The translations under genes were made by a program, and so were the position numbers. 64,000 bases of DNA from Eledone cirrhosa (taxonomy: Eukaryota): positions 135,904,001 to 135,968,000 of the forward strand of contig OZ024743.1 in NCBI GenBank assembly GCA_964016885.1, read 5' to 3'. The notes beneath the pieces were generated by a model. The model worked only from the letters and a program-made list of their open reading frames with translations, searched no databases and was not told where the DNA came from. This document shows, in pieces, positions 12,601 through 24,499 of this stretch (the stretch's first letter is position 1; every line of letters starts with the position of its first letter).

Positions 12601-15600
12601 GGTGCTTGGTTCTTGGTGCTTGGTGTTTGGTGTTTGGTGCTTGGTGCCTGGTGCTTGGAGTTTGGTGTTTGGTGCTTGGTGCTTGGTGTTTTGTGTTTCG
12701 TGTTTGGTTTTTGGTGCTTGGTGCTTGGTGCTTGGTCCTTGGTGTTTGGTGCTGGGTGCTTGGTGCTTGGTGTTTGGTGTTTGCTGCTTGGTGTTTGATG
12801 CTTGGTGCTTGGTGCTTGGTGTTTTGTGTTTGGTGCTTGGTGCTTGGTGTTTGGTGTTTGGTGCTTGGTGCTTGGTGCTTGGTGTTTGTACTTGGTGCTT
12901 GGTGCTTGGTGTTTGGTTCTTGGTTCTTGATGTTTGGTGTTTGACGTTTGGTGTTTGGTGCTTGGTGCTTGGTGTTTGGTGCCTGGTGCTTGGTGCTTGG
13001 TGCTTGGAGTTTGGTGTTTGGTGTTTGGTTTTTGGTGCTGGGTACTTGGGCCTTGGTGTTTGGTGCTGGGTGCTTTGTGTTTGGTGCTTGGTGCTTGGTG
13101 TTTGGTGTTTGCTGCTTGGTGTTTGATGCTTGGTGCTTGGTGCTTGGTGTTTTGTGTTTGGTGCTTGGTTCTTGGTGTTTGGTGCTTGGTGCTTGGTGCT
13201 TGGTGTTTGTACTTGGTGCTTGGTGCTTGGTGTTTGGTTCTTGGTTCTTGGTGTTTGGATACTTGTTGCTTGATGCTTGGTGCTTGATGTTTGGTGTTTG
13301 GTGCTTGGTGTTTGGTGCTTGGTGCTTGGTGCTTGGTGTTAGGTGTTTGGTGCTTGGTCCTTGGTGTTTGGTGCTTGGTGTTTGGTGTTTGCTGTTTGGT
13401 GTTTGGTGTTTGCTGTTTGGTGTTTGCTGTTTCGTGCCTGCTTTTTGGTGTTTAGTGTTTGCTGTATGGTGTTTGGTGTTTGCTGTTTGGTGTTTGGTCT
13501 TTGGTGCTTGGTGCTTGGTGCTTGGTGTTATATATGCTTGGTGTTTGATGCTTGGTGCTTGGTGCTTGGTGTTTGGTGTTTGGTGTTTGATGCTTGGTGC
13601 TTGGTGTTTGGTGCTTGGTGCTTGGTGTTTGTACTTGGTGCTTGGTGCTTCGTGCTTGGTGTTTGGTGCTTGGTGTTTGGTGCTTGGTGCTTGGTGTTTG
13701 GTGCTTGGTGCTTGGTGCTTGGTGCTTGGTGTTTGGTGGTTGGTGTTTGGTGCTTGGTGTTAGGTGTTTGGTGCTTGGTGCTTGGTGTTTGGTGTTTAGT
13801 TCTTGGTGTTTGGTGCTTGGTGCTTGGTGTTTGGTGCTTTTTGCTTGGTGCTTGGTGCTTGGTGTTTGGTGCTTGGTGCTTGGTGTTTGGTGTTGGGTGC
13901 TTGGTGCTTGGTGTTTGGTGTTTGGTGCTTGGTGCTTGGTGTTTGGTGTTTGGTGTTATATGCTTGGTGTTTGATGCTTGGTGTTTGGTGCTTGGTGTTT
14001 GGTGCTTGGTGCTTGGTGCTTGGTGCTTGGTGTTTGGTGCTTGGTGTTTGGTGCTTGGTGTTAGGTGTTTGGTGCTTGGTGTTTGGTGTTTGGTTTTTGG
14101 TGCTTGGTGCTTGGTGTTTGGTGCTTGCTGCTGGCTGCTTGGTGTTTGATGCTTGGTGATTGGTGCTTGGTGTTTGGTGCTTGGTGTTTGGTGTTTGGTG
14201 CTAGGTGCTTGGTGTTTGGTGCTTGGTGCTTGGTGCTTGGTGTTTGGTGCTTGGTGCTTGGTCTTTGGTGCTTGGTGTTTGGTGTTTGGTGCTTGGTGCT
14301 TGGTGCTTGGTGTTTGGTGCTTGGTGCTTGGTGTTTGGTGCTTGGTGCTTAGTGTTTGGTGCTTGGTGCTTAGTGTTTGGTGCTAGGTGCTTGGTGTTTG
14401 GTGCTTGGGGCTTGGTGTTTGGTGCCTGGTGCTTGGTGTTTGGTGCTTGGTGCTTGGTGTTTGGTGTTTGCTGTTTGCTGTTTGGTGTTTGTTGTTTGGT
14501 GTTTGTTGTTTGGTGTTTGCTGTTTGGTGTTTGGTGTTTGCTTTTTGGTGTTTGGTGTTTGCTGTATGTTGTTTGCTGTTTGGTGTTTGGTGTTTGGTCT
14601 TTGGTGCTTGGTGCTTGGTGTTTGGTGCTTGGTGCTTGGTGTTTCGTGCCTGGTGCTTGGTGCTTGGTGCTTGGTGTTTGGTGTTTGGTGCTTGGTGCTT
14701 GGTGCTTGGAGTTTGGTGTTTGGTGCTTGGTGCTTGGTGTTTTGTGTTTCGTGTTTGGTTTTTGGTGCTTGGTGCTTGGTGCTTGGTCCTTGGTGTTTGG
14801 TGCTGGGTGCTTTGTGTTTGGTGCTTGGTGCTTGGTGCTTGGTGTTTTGTGTTTGGTGCTTGGTGCTTGGTGCTTGGTGCTTGGTGCTTGGTGTTTGTAC
14901 TTGATGCTTGGTGCTTGGTGTTTGGTTCTTGGTTCTTGGTGTTTGGTACTTGGTGCTTGGTGTTTGGTGTTTGCTGTTTGGTGTTTGGTGTTTGGTGTTT
15001 GGTGTTTGCTGTTTGGTGTCTGCTTTTTGGTGTTTAGTGTTTGCTGTATGGTGTTTGGTGTTTGCTGTTTGGTGTTTGGTTTTTGGTGCTTGGTGTTTGG
15101 TGCTCGGTGCTTGGTGTTTGGTATTCGGTGCTTGGTGCTTGGTGTTTGGTGCTTGGTGTTTGGTGTTTGGTGTTTGGTGCTTGGTGTCTGGTGCTTGGTG
15201 TTTGGTGCTTGGTGTTTGGTGTTTGGTGCTTGGTGTTTGGTGTTTGGTGTTTGGTGCTTGGTGCTTGGTGTTTGGTGTTTGGTGTTTGGTGCTTGGTGTC
15301 TGGTGCTTGGTGTTTGGTGTTTGGTGATTGGAGTTTGGTGTTTGGTGTTTGGTGCTTGGTGCTTGGTGCTTGGTGTTTGGTGTTTGGTGTTTGGTGCTTG
15401 GTGCTTGGTGTTTGGTGCTTGGTGCTGAGTGGTTGGTGTTTGGTGCTTGGTGTTTGGTGCTGGGTGCTTGGTTTTTGGTCCTGGGTGCTTGGTGTTTGGT
15501 GCTTGGTGCTTGGTCTTTGGTGCTTGGTGTTTGGTGCTTGGTGCTTGGTGCTTGGTGTTTGGTGCTTCGTGCTTGGTGTTTGGTGCTTGGTGCTTAGTGT

Positions 15601-15849
15601 TTGGTGCTAGGTGCTTGGTGTTTGCTGCTTGGTGTTTGGTGCTTGGTGCTTGGTGTTTGGTGTTTGGTGTTTGGTGCTTGGTGCTTGGTGTTTGCTGTTT
15701 GCTGTTTGGTGTTTGTTGTTTGGTGTTTGTTGTTTGGTGTTTGCTGTTTGGTGTTTGGTGTCTGCTTTTTGGTGTTTGGTGTTTGCTGTATGTTGTTTGC
15801 TGTTTGGTGTTTGGTGTTTGGTGTTTGGTGTTTGGTGTTTGGTGTTTGG

Positions 15850-18800
15850 TGCTTGGTGTTTGGTGCTTGGTGCTTGGTGTTTGGTGCCTGGTGCTTGGTG
15901 CTTGATGCTTGGTGTTTGGTGTTTGGTGCTTGGTGCTTGGTGTTTCGTGATTGGTGCTTATTTTTTTGTGTTTCGTGTTTGGTTTTTGGTGCTTGGTGCT
16001 TGGTGCTTGGTCCTTGGTGTTTGGTGCTGGGTGCTTTGTGTTTGGTGCTTGGTGCTTGGTGCTTGGTGTTTGGTGTTTGCTGCTTGGTGTGTGATGCTTG
16101 GTGCTTGGTGCTTGGTGTTTTGTGTTTGGTGCTTGGTGCTTGGTGTTTGGTGCTTGGTGCTTGGTGCTTGGTGTTTGTACTTGGTGCTTGGTGCTTGGTG
16201 TTTGGTTCTTGGTTCTTGGTGTTTGGTGTTTTGCGTTTGGTTTTTGGTGCTTGGTGCTTGGTGTTTGGTGCTTGGTGCTTGGTGTTTGGTGCCTGGTGCT
16301 TGGTGCTTGGTGCTTGGTGTTTGGTGTTTGGTGCTTGGTGCTTGGAGTTTGGTGTTTGGTGCTTGGTGCTTGGTGCTTGGTCCTTGGTGTTTGGTGCTGG
16401 GTGCTTTGTGTTTGGTGATTGGTGCTTGGTGTTTGGTGTTTGCTGCTTGGTGTTTGATGCTTGGTGTTTTGTATTTGGTGCTTGGTGCTTGGTGTTTGGT
16501 GCTTGGTGCTTGGTGCTTGGTGTTTGGTGTTTGGTGCTTGGTGCTTGGTGCTTGGTGTTTGGTGCTTGGTGCTTGGTGTTTTGTGTTTCGTGTTTGGTTT
16601 TTGGTGCTTGGTGCTTGGTGCTTGGTCCTTGGTGTTAGGTGCTGGGTGCTTTGTGTTTGGTGCTTGGTGCTTGGTGTTTGGTGTTTGCTGCTTGGTGCTT
16701 GATGCTTGGTGTTTGGTGCTTGGTGCTTGGTGCTTGGTGTTTGTACTTGGTGCTTGGTGCTTGGTGTTTGGTTCTTGGTTCTTGGTGTTTGGTACTTGGT
16801 GCTTGGTGCTTGGTGCTTGATGTTTGGTGTTTGGTGCTTGGTGTTTGGTGCTTGGTGCTTGGTGCTTGGTGCTTGGTGCTTGGTGTTAGGTATTTGGTGC
16901 TTGGTGCTTGGTGTTTGGTGCTTGGTGTTTGGTGTTTGCTGTTTGGTGTTTGGTGTTTGCTGTTTGGTGTTTGCTGTTTGGTATTTGGTGTTTGCTGTTT
17001 GGTGTTTGGTCTTTGGTGCTTGGTGTTTGGTGCTTGGTGTTTGGTGTTTGGTGCTTGGTGCTTGGTGTTTGGTGTTTGGTGCTTGGTGCCTGGTGTTTGG
17101 TGTTTGGTGTTTGGTGCTTGGTGTCTGGTGCTTGGTGTTTGGTGCTTGGTGTTTGGTGTTTGGTGCTTGGTGCTTGGTGTTTGGTGTTTGGTGCTTGGTG
17201 TTTGGTGTTTGGTGCTTGTTGCTTGGTGCTTGATGTTTGGTGCTTGGTGCTTGGTGTTTGGTGCTGGGTGCTTGGTGCTTGTTATTTGGTTTTTGGTGCT
17301 TGGTGCTTGGTGTTTGGTGTTTGGTGTTATATGCTTGGTGTTTGATGCTTGGTGCTTGGTGCTTGGTGTTTGGTGTTTGGTGTTTGGTGCTTGGTGCTTG
17401 GTGTTTGGTGCTTGGTGCTGAGTGGTTGGTGTTTGGTGCTTGGTGTTTGGTGCTGGGTGCTTGGTGTTTGGTGCTGGGTGCTTGGTGTTTGGTGCTTGGT
17501 GCTTGGTCTTTGGTGCTTGGTGTTTGGTGCTTGGTGCTTGGTGCTTGGTGTTTGGTGCTTGGTGCTTGGTGTTTGGTGCTTGGTGCTTGGTGTTTGCTGT
17601 TTGCTGTTTGGTGTTTGTTGTTTGGTGTTTGTTGTTTGGTGTTTGCTGTTTGGTGTTTGGTGTTTGCTTTTTGGTGTTTGGTGTTTGCTGTATGTTGTTT
17701 GCTGTTTGGTGTTTGGTGTTTGGTGCCTGGTGCTTGGTGCTTGGTGCTTGGTGTTTGGTGTTTGGTGCTTGGTGCTTGGTGCTTGGTGTTTGGTGCTTGG
17801 TGCTTGGTGTTTTGTGTTTCGTGTTTGGTTTTTGGTGCTTGGTGCTTGGTGCTTGGTCCTTGGTGTTAGGTGCTGGGTGCTTTGTGTTTGGTGCTTGGTG
17901 CTTGGTGTTTGGTGTTTGCTGCTTGGTGCTTGATGCTTGGTGTTTGGTGCTTGGTGCTTGGTGCTTGGTGTTTGTACTTGGTGCTTGGTGCTTGGTGTTT
18001 GGTTCTTGGTTCTTGGTGTTTGGTGTTTGGCATTTGGTGTTTGGTGCTTGGTGCTTGGTGTTTGGTGCTTGGTGCTTGGTGTTTGGTGCCTGGTGCTTGG
18101 TGCTTGGTGCTTGGTGTTTGGAGTTTGGTGTTTGGTGCTTGGTGCTTGGTGCTTGGTCCTTGGTGTTTGGTGCTGGGTGCTTTGTGTTTGGTGATTGGTG
18201 CTTGGTGTTTGGTGTTTGCTGCTTGGTGTTTGATGCTTGGTGCTTGGTGTTTTGTGTTTGGTGCTTGGTGCTTGGTGTTTGGTTCTTGGTTCTTGGTGTT
18301 TGGTGTTTTGCGTTTGGTTTTTGGTGCTTGGTGCTTGGTGTTTGGTGCTTGGTGCTTGGTGTTTGGTGCCTGGTGCTTGGTGCTTGGTGCTTGGTGTTTG
18401 GTGTTTGGTGCTTGGTGCTTGGAGTTTGGTGTTTGGTGCTTGGTGCTTGGTGCTTGGTCCTTGGTGTTTGGTGCTGGGTGCTTTGTGTTTGGTGATTGGT
18501 GCTTGGTGTTTGGTGTTTGCTGCTTGGTGTTTGATGCTTGGTGTTTGGTGCTGGGTGCTTTGTGTTTGGTGCTTGGTGCTTGGTGTTTGGTGCTTGGTGC
18601 TTGGTGTTTGGTGCCTGGTGCTTGGTGCTTGGTGTTTGGTGTTTGGTTCTTGGTTCTTGGTGTTTGGTACTTGGTGCTTGGTGCTTGGTGCTTGGTGTTA
18701 GGTATTTGGTACTTGGTGCTTCGTGTTTGGTGCTTGGTGTTTGGTGTTTGCTGTTTGGAGTTTGGTGTTTGGTGTTTGGTTTTGCTGTCTGGTGTCTGCT

Positions 18801-21750
18801 TTTTGGTGTTTAGTGTTTGCTGTATGGTGTTTGCTGTTTCGTGTTTGGTGTTTGCTGTTTGGTGTTTGGTCTTTGGTGCTTGGTGTTTGGTGCTTGGTGT
18901 TTGGTGTTTGGTGCTTGCTGCTTGGTGTTTGGTGTTTGGTGCTTGGTGCTTGGTGTTTGGTGTTTAGTGTTTGGTGCTTGGTGTCTGGTGCTTGGTGTTT
19001 GGTGTTTGGTGCTTGGTGTTTGGTGTTTGGTGATTGGTGCTTGGTGTTTGGTGTTTGCTGCTTGGTGTTTGATGCTTGGTGCTTGGTGTTTTGTGTTTGG
19101 TGCTTGGTGCTTGGTGTTTGGTGCTTGGTTCTTGGTGCTTGGTGTTTGTACTTGGTGCTTGGTGCTTGGTGTTTGGTTCTTGGTTCTTGGTGTTTGGTAC
19201 TTGGTGCTTGGTGTTTGGTGTTTGCTGTTTGGTGTTTGGTGTTTGGTGTTTGGTGTTTGCTGTTTGGTGTCTGCTTTTTGGTGTTTAGTGTTTGCTGTAT
19301 GGTGTTTGGTGTTTGGTGTTTGGTGTTTGGTGCTTGGTGTTTGGTGCTTGGTGCTTGGTGTTTGGTGCCTGGTGCTTGGTGCTTGATGCTTGGTGTTTGG
19401 TGTTTGGTGCTTGGTGCTTGGTGTTTCGTGATTGGTGCTTATTTTTTTGTGTTTCGTGTTTGGTTTTTGGTGCTTGGTGCTTGGTGCTTGGTCCTTGGTG
19501 TTTGGTGCTGGGTGCTTTGTGTTTGGTGCTTGGTGCTTGGTGCTTGGTGTTTGGTGTTTGCTGCTTGGTGTGTGATGCTTGGTGCTTGGTGCTTGGTGTT
19601 TTGTGTTTGGTGCTTGGTGCTTGGTGTTTGGTGCTTGGTGCTTGGTGCTTGGTGTTTGTACTTGGTGCTTGGTGCTTGGTGTTTGGTTCTTGGTTCTTGG
19701 TGTTTGGTGTTTTGCGTTTGGTTTTTGGTGCTTGGTGCTTGGTGTTTGGTGCTTGGTGCTTGGTGTTTGGTGCCTGGTGCTTGGTGCTTGGTGCTTGGTG
19801 TTTGGTGTTTGGTGCTTGGTGCTTGGAGTTTGGTGTTTGGTGCTTGGTGCTTGGTGCTTGGTCCTTGGTGTTTGGTGCTGGGTGCTTTGTGTTTGGTGAT
19901 TGGTGCTTGGTGTTTGGTGTTTGCTGCTTGGTGTTTGATGCTTGGTGTTTTGTATTTGGTGCTTGGTGCTTGGTGTTTGGTGCTTGGTGCTTGGTGCTTG
20001 GTGTTTGGTGTTTGGTGCTTGGTGCTTGGTGCTTGGTGTTTGGTGCTTGGTGCTTGGTGTTTTGTGTTTCGTGTTTGGTTTTTGGTGCTTGGTGCTTGGT
20101 GCTTGGTCCTTGGTGTTAGGTGCTGGGTGCTTTGTGTTTGGTGCTTGGTGCTTGGTGTTTGGTGTTTGCTGCTTGGTGCTTGATGCTTGGTGTTTGGTGC
20201 TTGGTGCTTGGTGCTTGGTGTTTGTACTTGGTGCTTGGTGCTTGGTGTTTGGTTCTTGGTTCTTGGTGTTTGGTACTTGGTGCTTGGTTCTTGGTGCTTG
20301 ATGTTTGGTGTTTGGTGCTTGGTGTTTGGTGCTTGGTGCTTGGTGCTTGGTGCTTGGTGCTTGGTGTTAGGTATTTGGTGCTTGGTGCTTGGTGTTTGGT
20401 GCTTGGTGTTTGGTGTTTGCTGTTTGGTGTTTGGTGTTTGCTGTTTGGTGTTTGCTGTTTGGTATTTGGTGTTTGCTGTTTGGTGTTTGGTCTTTGGTGC
20501 TTGGTGTTTGGTGCTTGGTGTTTGGTGTTTGGTGCTTGGTGCTTGGTGTTTGGTGTTTGGTGCTTGGTGCCTGGTGTTTGGTGTTTGGTGTTTGGTGCTT
20601 GGTGTCTGGTGCTTGGTGTTTGGTGCTTGGTGTTTGGTGTTTGGTGCTTGGTGCTTGGTGTTTGGTGTTTGGTGCTTGGTGTTTGGTGTTTGGTGCATGT
20701 TGCTTGGTGCTTGATGTTTGGTGCTTGGTGCTTGGTGTTTGGTGCTGGGTGCTTGGTGCTTGTTATTTGGTTTTTGGTGCTTGGTGCTTGGTGTTTGGTG
20801 TTTGGTGTTATATGCTTGGTGTTTGATGCTTGGTGCTTGGTGCTTGGTGTTTGGTGTTTGGTGTTTGGTGCTTGGTGCTTGGTGTTTGGTGCTTGGTGCT
20901 GAGTGGTTGGTGTTTGGTGCTTGGTGTTTGGTGCTGGGTGCTTGGTGTTTGGTGCTGGGTGCTTGGTGTTTGGTGCTTGGTGCTTGGTCTTTGGTGCTTG
21001 GTGTTTGGTGCTTGGTGCTTGGTGCTTGGTGTTTGGTGCTTGGTGCTTGGTGTTTGGTGCTTGGTGCTTGGTGTTTGCTGTTTGCTGTTTGGTGTTTGTT
21101 GTTTGGTGTTTGTTGTTTGGTGTTTGCTGTTTGGTGTTTGGTGTTTGCTTTTTGGTGTTTGGTGTTTGCTGTATGTTGTTTGCTGTTTGGTGTTTGGTGT
21201 TTGGTGCCTGGTGCTTGGTGCTTGGTGCTTGGTGTTTGGTGTTTGGTGCTTGGTGCTTGGTGCTTGGTGTTTGGTGCTTGGTGCTTGGTGTTTTGTGTTT
21301 CGTGTTTGGTTTTTGGTGCTTGGTGCTTGGTGCTTGGTCCTTGGTGTTAGGTGCTGGGTGCTTTGTGTTTGGTGCTTGGTGCTTGGTGTTTGGTGTTTGC
21401 TGCTTGGTGCTTGATGCTTGGTGTTTGGTGCTTGGTGCTTGGTGCTTGGTGTTTGTACTTGGTGCTTGGTGCTTGGTGTTTGGTTCTTGGTTCTTGGTGT
21501 TTGGTGTTTGGCATTTGGTGTTTGGTGCTTGGTGCTTGGTGTTTGGTGCTTGGTGCTTGGTGTTTGGTGCCTGGTGCTTGGTGCTTGGTGCTTGGTGTTT
21601 GGAGTTTGGTGTTTGGTGCTTGGTGCTTGGTGCTTGGTCCTTGGTGTTTGGTGCTGGGTGCTTTGTGTTTGGTGATTGGTGCTTGGTGTTTGGTGTTTGC
21701 TGCTTGGTGTTTGATGCTTGGTGCTTGGTGTTTTGTGTTTGGTGCTTGGT
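15850..21750 (+). repeat. Duplication with 3,481-bp offset (about 15.85-18.26 kb repeated at about 19.3-21.75 kb)
   Basis: Marker unit TTATTTT at 15958 and 19439. ORF twins 16098/19579, 16639/20120, 17237/20718 and 17937/21418 all differ by 3481. Confidence 0.88.
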
Positions 21751-24499
21751 GCTTGGTGTTTGGTGCTTGGTGCTTGGTGCTTGGTGTTTGTACTTGGTGC
21801 TTGGTGTTTGGTGTTTGGTTCTTGGTTCTTGGTGTTTGGTACTTGGTGCTTGGTGCTTGGTGCTTGGTGTTAGGTATTTGGTACTTGGTGCTTCGTGTTT
21901 GGTGCTTGGTGTTTGGTGTTTGCTGTTTGGAGTTTGGTGTTTGGTGTTTGGTTTTGCTGTCTGGTGTCTGCTTTTTGGTGTTTAGTGTTTGCTGTATGGT
22001 GTTTGCTGTTTCGTGTTTGGTGTTTGCTGTTTGGTGTTTGGTCTTTGGTGCTTGGTGTTTGGTGCTTGGTGTTTGGTGTTTGGTGCTTGCTGCTTGGTGT
22101 TTGGTGTTTGGTGCTTGGTGCTTGGTGTTTGGTGTTTAGTGTTTGGTGCTTGGTGTCTGGTGCTTGGTGTTTGGTGTTTGGTGCTTGGTGTTTGGTGTTT
22201 GGTGATTGGTGCTTGGTGTTTGGTGTTTGCTGCTTGGTGTTTGATGCTTGGTGCTTGGTGTTTTGTGTTTGGTGCTTGGTGCTTGGTGTTTGGTGCTTGG
22301 TTCTTGGTGCTTGGTGTTTGTACTTGGTGCTTGGTGCTTGGTGTTTGGTTCTTGGTTCTTGGTGTTTGGTACTTGGTGCTTGGTGTTTGGTGTTTGCTGT
22401 TTGGTGTTTGGTGTTTGGTGTTTGGTGTTTGCTGTTTGGTGTCTGCTTTTTGGTGTTTAGTGTTTGCTGTATGGTGTTTGGTGTTTGCTGTTTGGTGTTT
22501 GGTCTTTGGTGCTTGGTGTTTGGTGCTCGGTGCTTGGTGTTTGGTATTCGGTGCTTGCTGCTTGGTGTTTGGTGCTTGGTGTTTGCTGCTTGGTGTTTGA
22601 TGCTTGGTGCTTGGTGCTTGGTGTTTGGTGTTTGGTGTTTGGTGCTTGGTGTCTGGTGCTTGGTGTTTGGTGCTTGGTGTTTGGTGTTTGGTGCTTGGTG
22701 TTTGGTGTTTGGTGTTTGGTGCTTGGTGCATGGTGTTTGGTGTTTGGTGTTTGGTGCTTGGTGTCTGGTGCTTGGTGTTTGGTGTTTGGTGCTTGGTGTT
22801 TGGTGTTTGGTGTTTGTTGCTTGGTGCTTGGTGCTTGGTGTTTGGTGTTTGGTGTTTGGTGCTTGGTGCTTGTGTTTGGTGCTTGGTGCTGAGTGGTTGG
22901 TGTTTGGTGCTTGGTGTTTGGTGCTGGGTGCTTGGTTTTTGGTCCTGGGTGCTTGGTGTTTGGTGCTTGGTGCTTGGTGCTTGGTGTTTGGTGCTTGGTG
23001 CTTGGTGTTTGGTGCTTGGTGCTTAGTGTTTGGTGCTAGGTGCTTGGTGTTTGGTGCTTGGTGTTTGGTGCTTGGTGCTTGGTGTTTGTTGTTTGGTGTT
23101 TGGTGCTTGGTGTTTGGTGCTTGGTGCTTGGTGTTTGGTGTTTGGTGCTTGGTGCTTGGTGCTTGGTGTTTGGTGTTTGGTGTTTGGTGCTTGGTGCTTG
23201 GTGTTTGGTGCTTGGTGCTGAGTGGTTGGTGTTTGGTGCTTGGTGTTTGGTGCTGGGTGCTTGGTTTTTGGTCCTGGGTGCTTGGTGTTTGGTGCTTGGT
23301 GCTTGGTGCTTGGTGTTTGGTGCTTGGTGCTTGGTGTTTGGTGCTTGGTGCTTAGTGTTTGGTGCTAGGTGCTTGGTGTTTGGTGCTTGGTGTTTGGTGC
23401 TTGGTGCTTGGTGTTTGGTGTTTGGTGTTTGGTGCTTGGTGCTTGGTGTTTGCTGTTTGCTGTTTGGTGTTTGTTGTTTGGTGTTTGTTGTTTGGTGTTT
23501 GCTGTTTGGTGTTTGGTGTTTGCTATTTGGTGTTTGGTGTTTGCTGTATGTTGTTTGCTGTTTGGTGTTTGGTGTTTGGTGTTTGGTGTTTGGTGTTTGG
23601 TGTTTGGTGCTTGGTGTTTGGTGCTTGGTGCTTGGTGTTTGGTGCCTGGTGCTTGGTGCTTGATGCTTGGTGTTTGGTTTTTGGTGCTTGGTGCTTGGTG
23701 CTTGGTCCTTGGTGTTTGGTGCTGGGTGCTTTGTGTTTGGTGCTTGGTGCTTGGTGCTTGGTGTTTGGTGTTTGCTGCTTGGTGTTTGATGCTTGGTGCT
23801 TGGTGCTTGGTGTTTTGTGTTTGGTGCTTGGTGCTTGGTGTTTGGTGCTTGGTGCTTGGTGCTTGGTGTTTGTACTTGGTGCTTGGTGCTTGGTGTTTGG
23901 TTCTTGGTTCTTGGTGTTTGGTGTTTTGCGTTTGGTGTTTGGTGCTTGGTGTTTGGTGCTTGGTGCTTGGTGTTTGGTGCCTGGTGCTTGGTGCTTGGTG
24001 CTTGGTGTTTGGTGTTTGGTGCTTGGTGCTTGGAGTTTGGTGCAGGGTGCTTTGTGTTTGGTGATTGGTGCTTGGTGTTTGGTGTTTGCTGCTTGGTGCT
24101 TGGTGCTTGGTGTTTCTACTTGGTGCTTGGTGCTTGGTGTTTGGTTCTTGGTTCTTGGTTTTTGGTACTTGGTGCTTGGTGCTTGGTGCTTGATGTTTGG
24201 TGTTTGGTGCTTGGTGTTTGGTGCTTGGTGGTTGGTGCTTGGTGCTTGGTGCTTGGTGTTAGGTATTTGGTGCTTGGTGCTTGGTGTTTGGTGCTTGGTG
24301 TTTGGTGTTTGCTGTTTGGTGTTTGGTGTTTGCTGTTTGGTGTTTGCTGTTTGGTGTTTGGTGTTTGCTGTTTGGTGTTTGGTCTTTGGTGCTTGGTGTT
24401 TGGTGCTTGGTGTTTGGTGTTTGGTGCTTGGTGCTTGGTGCTTGGTGTTTGGTGCTTGGTGCTTGGTGTTTTGTGTTTCGTGTTTGGTTTTTGGTGCTT

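Noticed and set aside
15958-15967. TTATTTTTTT tract (also at 19439, 30555, 35621, 52767) as a terminator or retroelement tail
   Set aside because: It is an in-phase mutated unit pair (TTATTTT-TTTGTGT) with no hairpin, insertion or target-site duplication.
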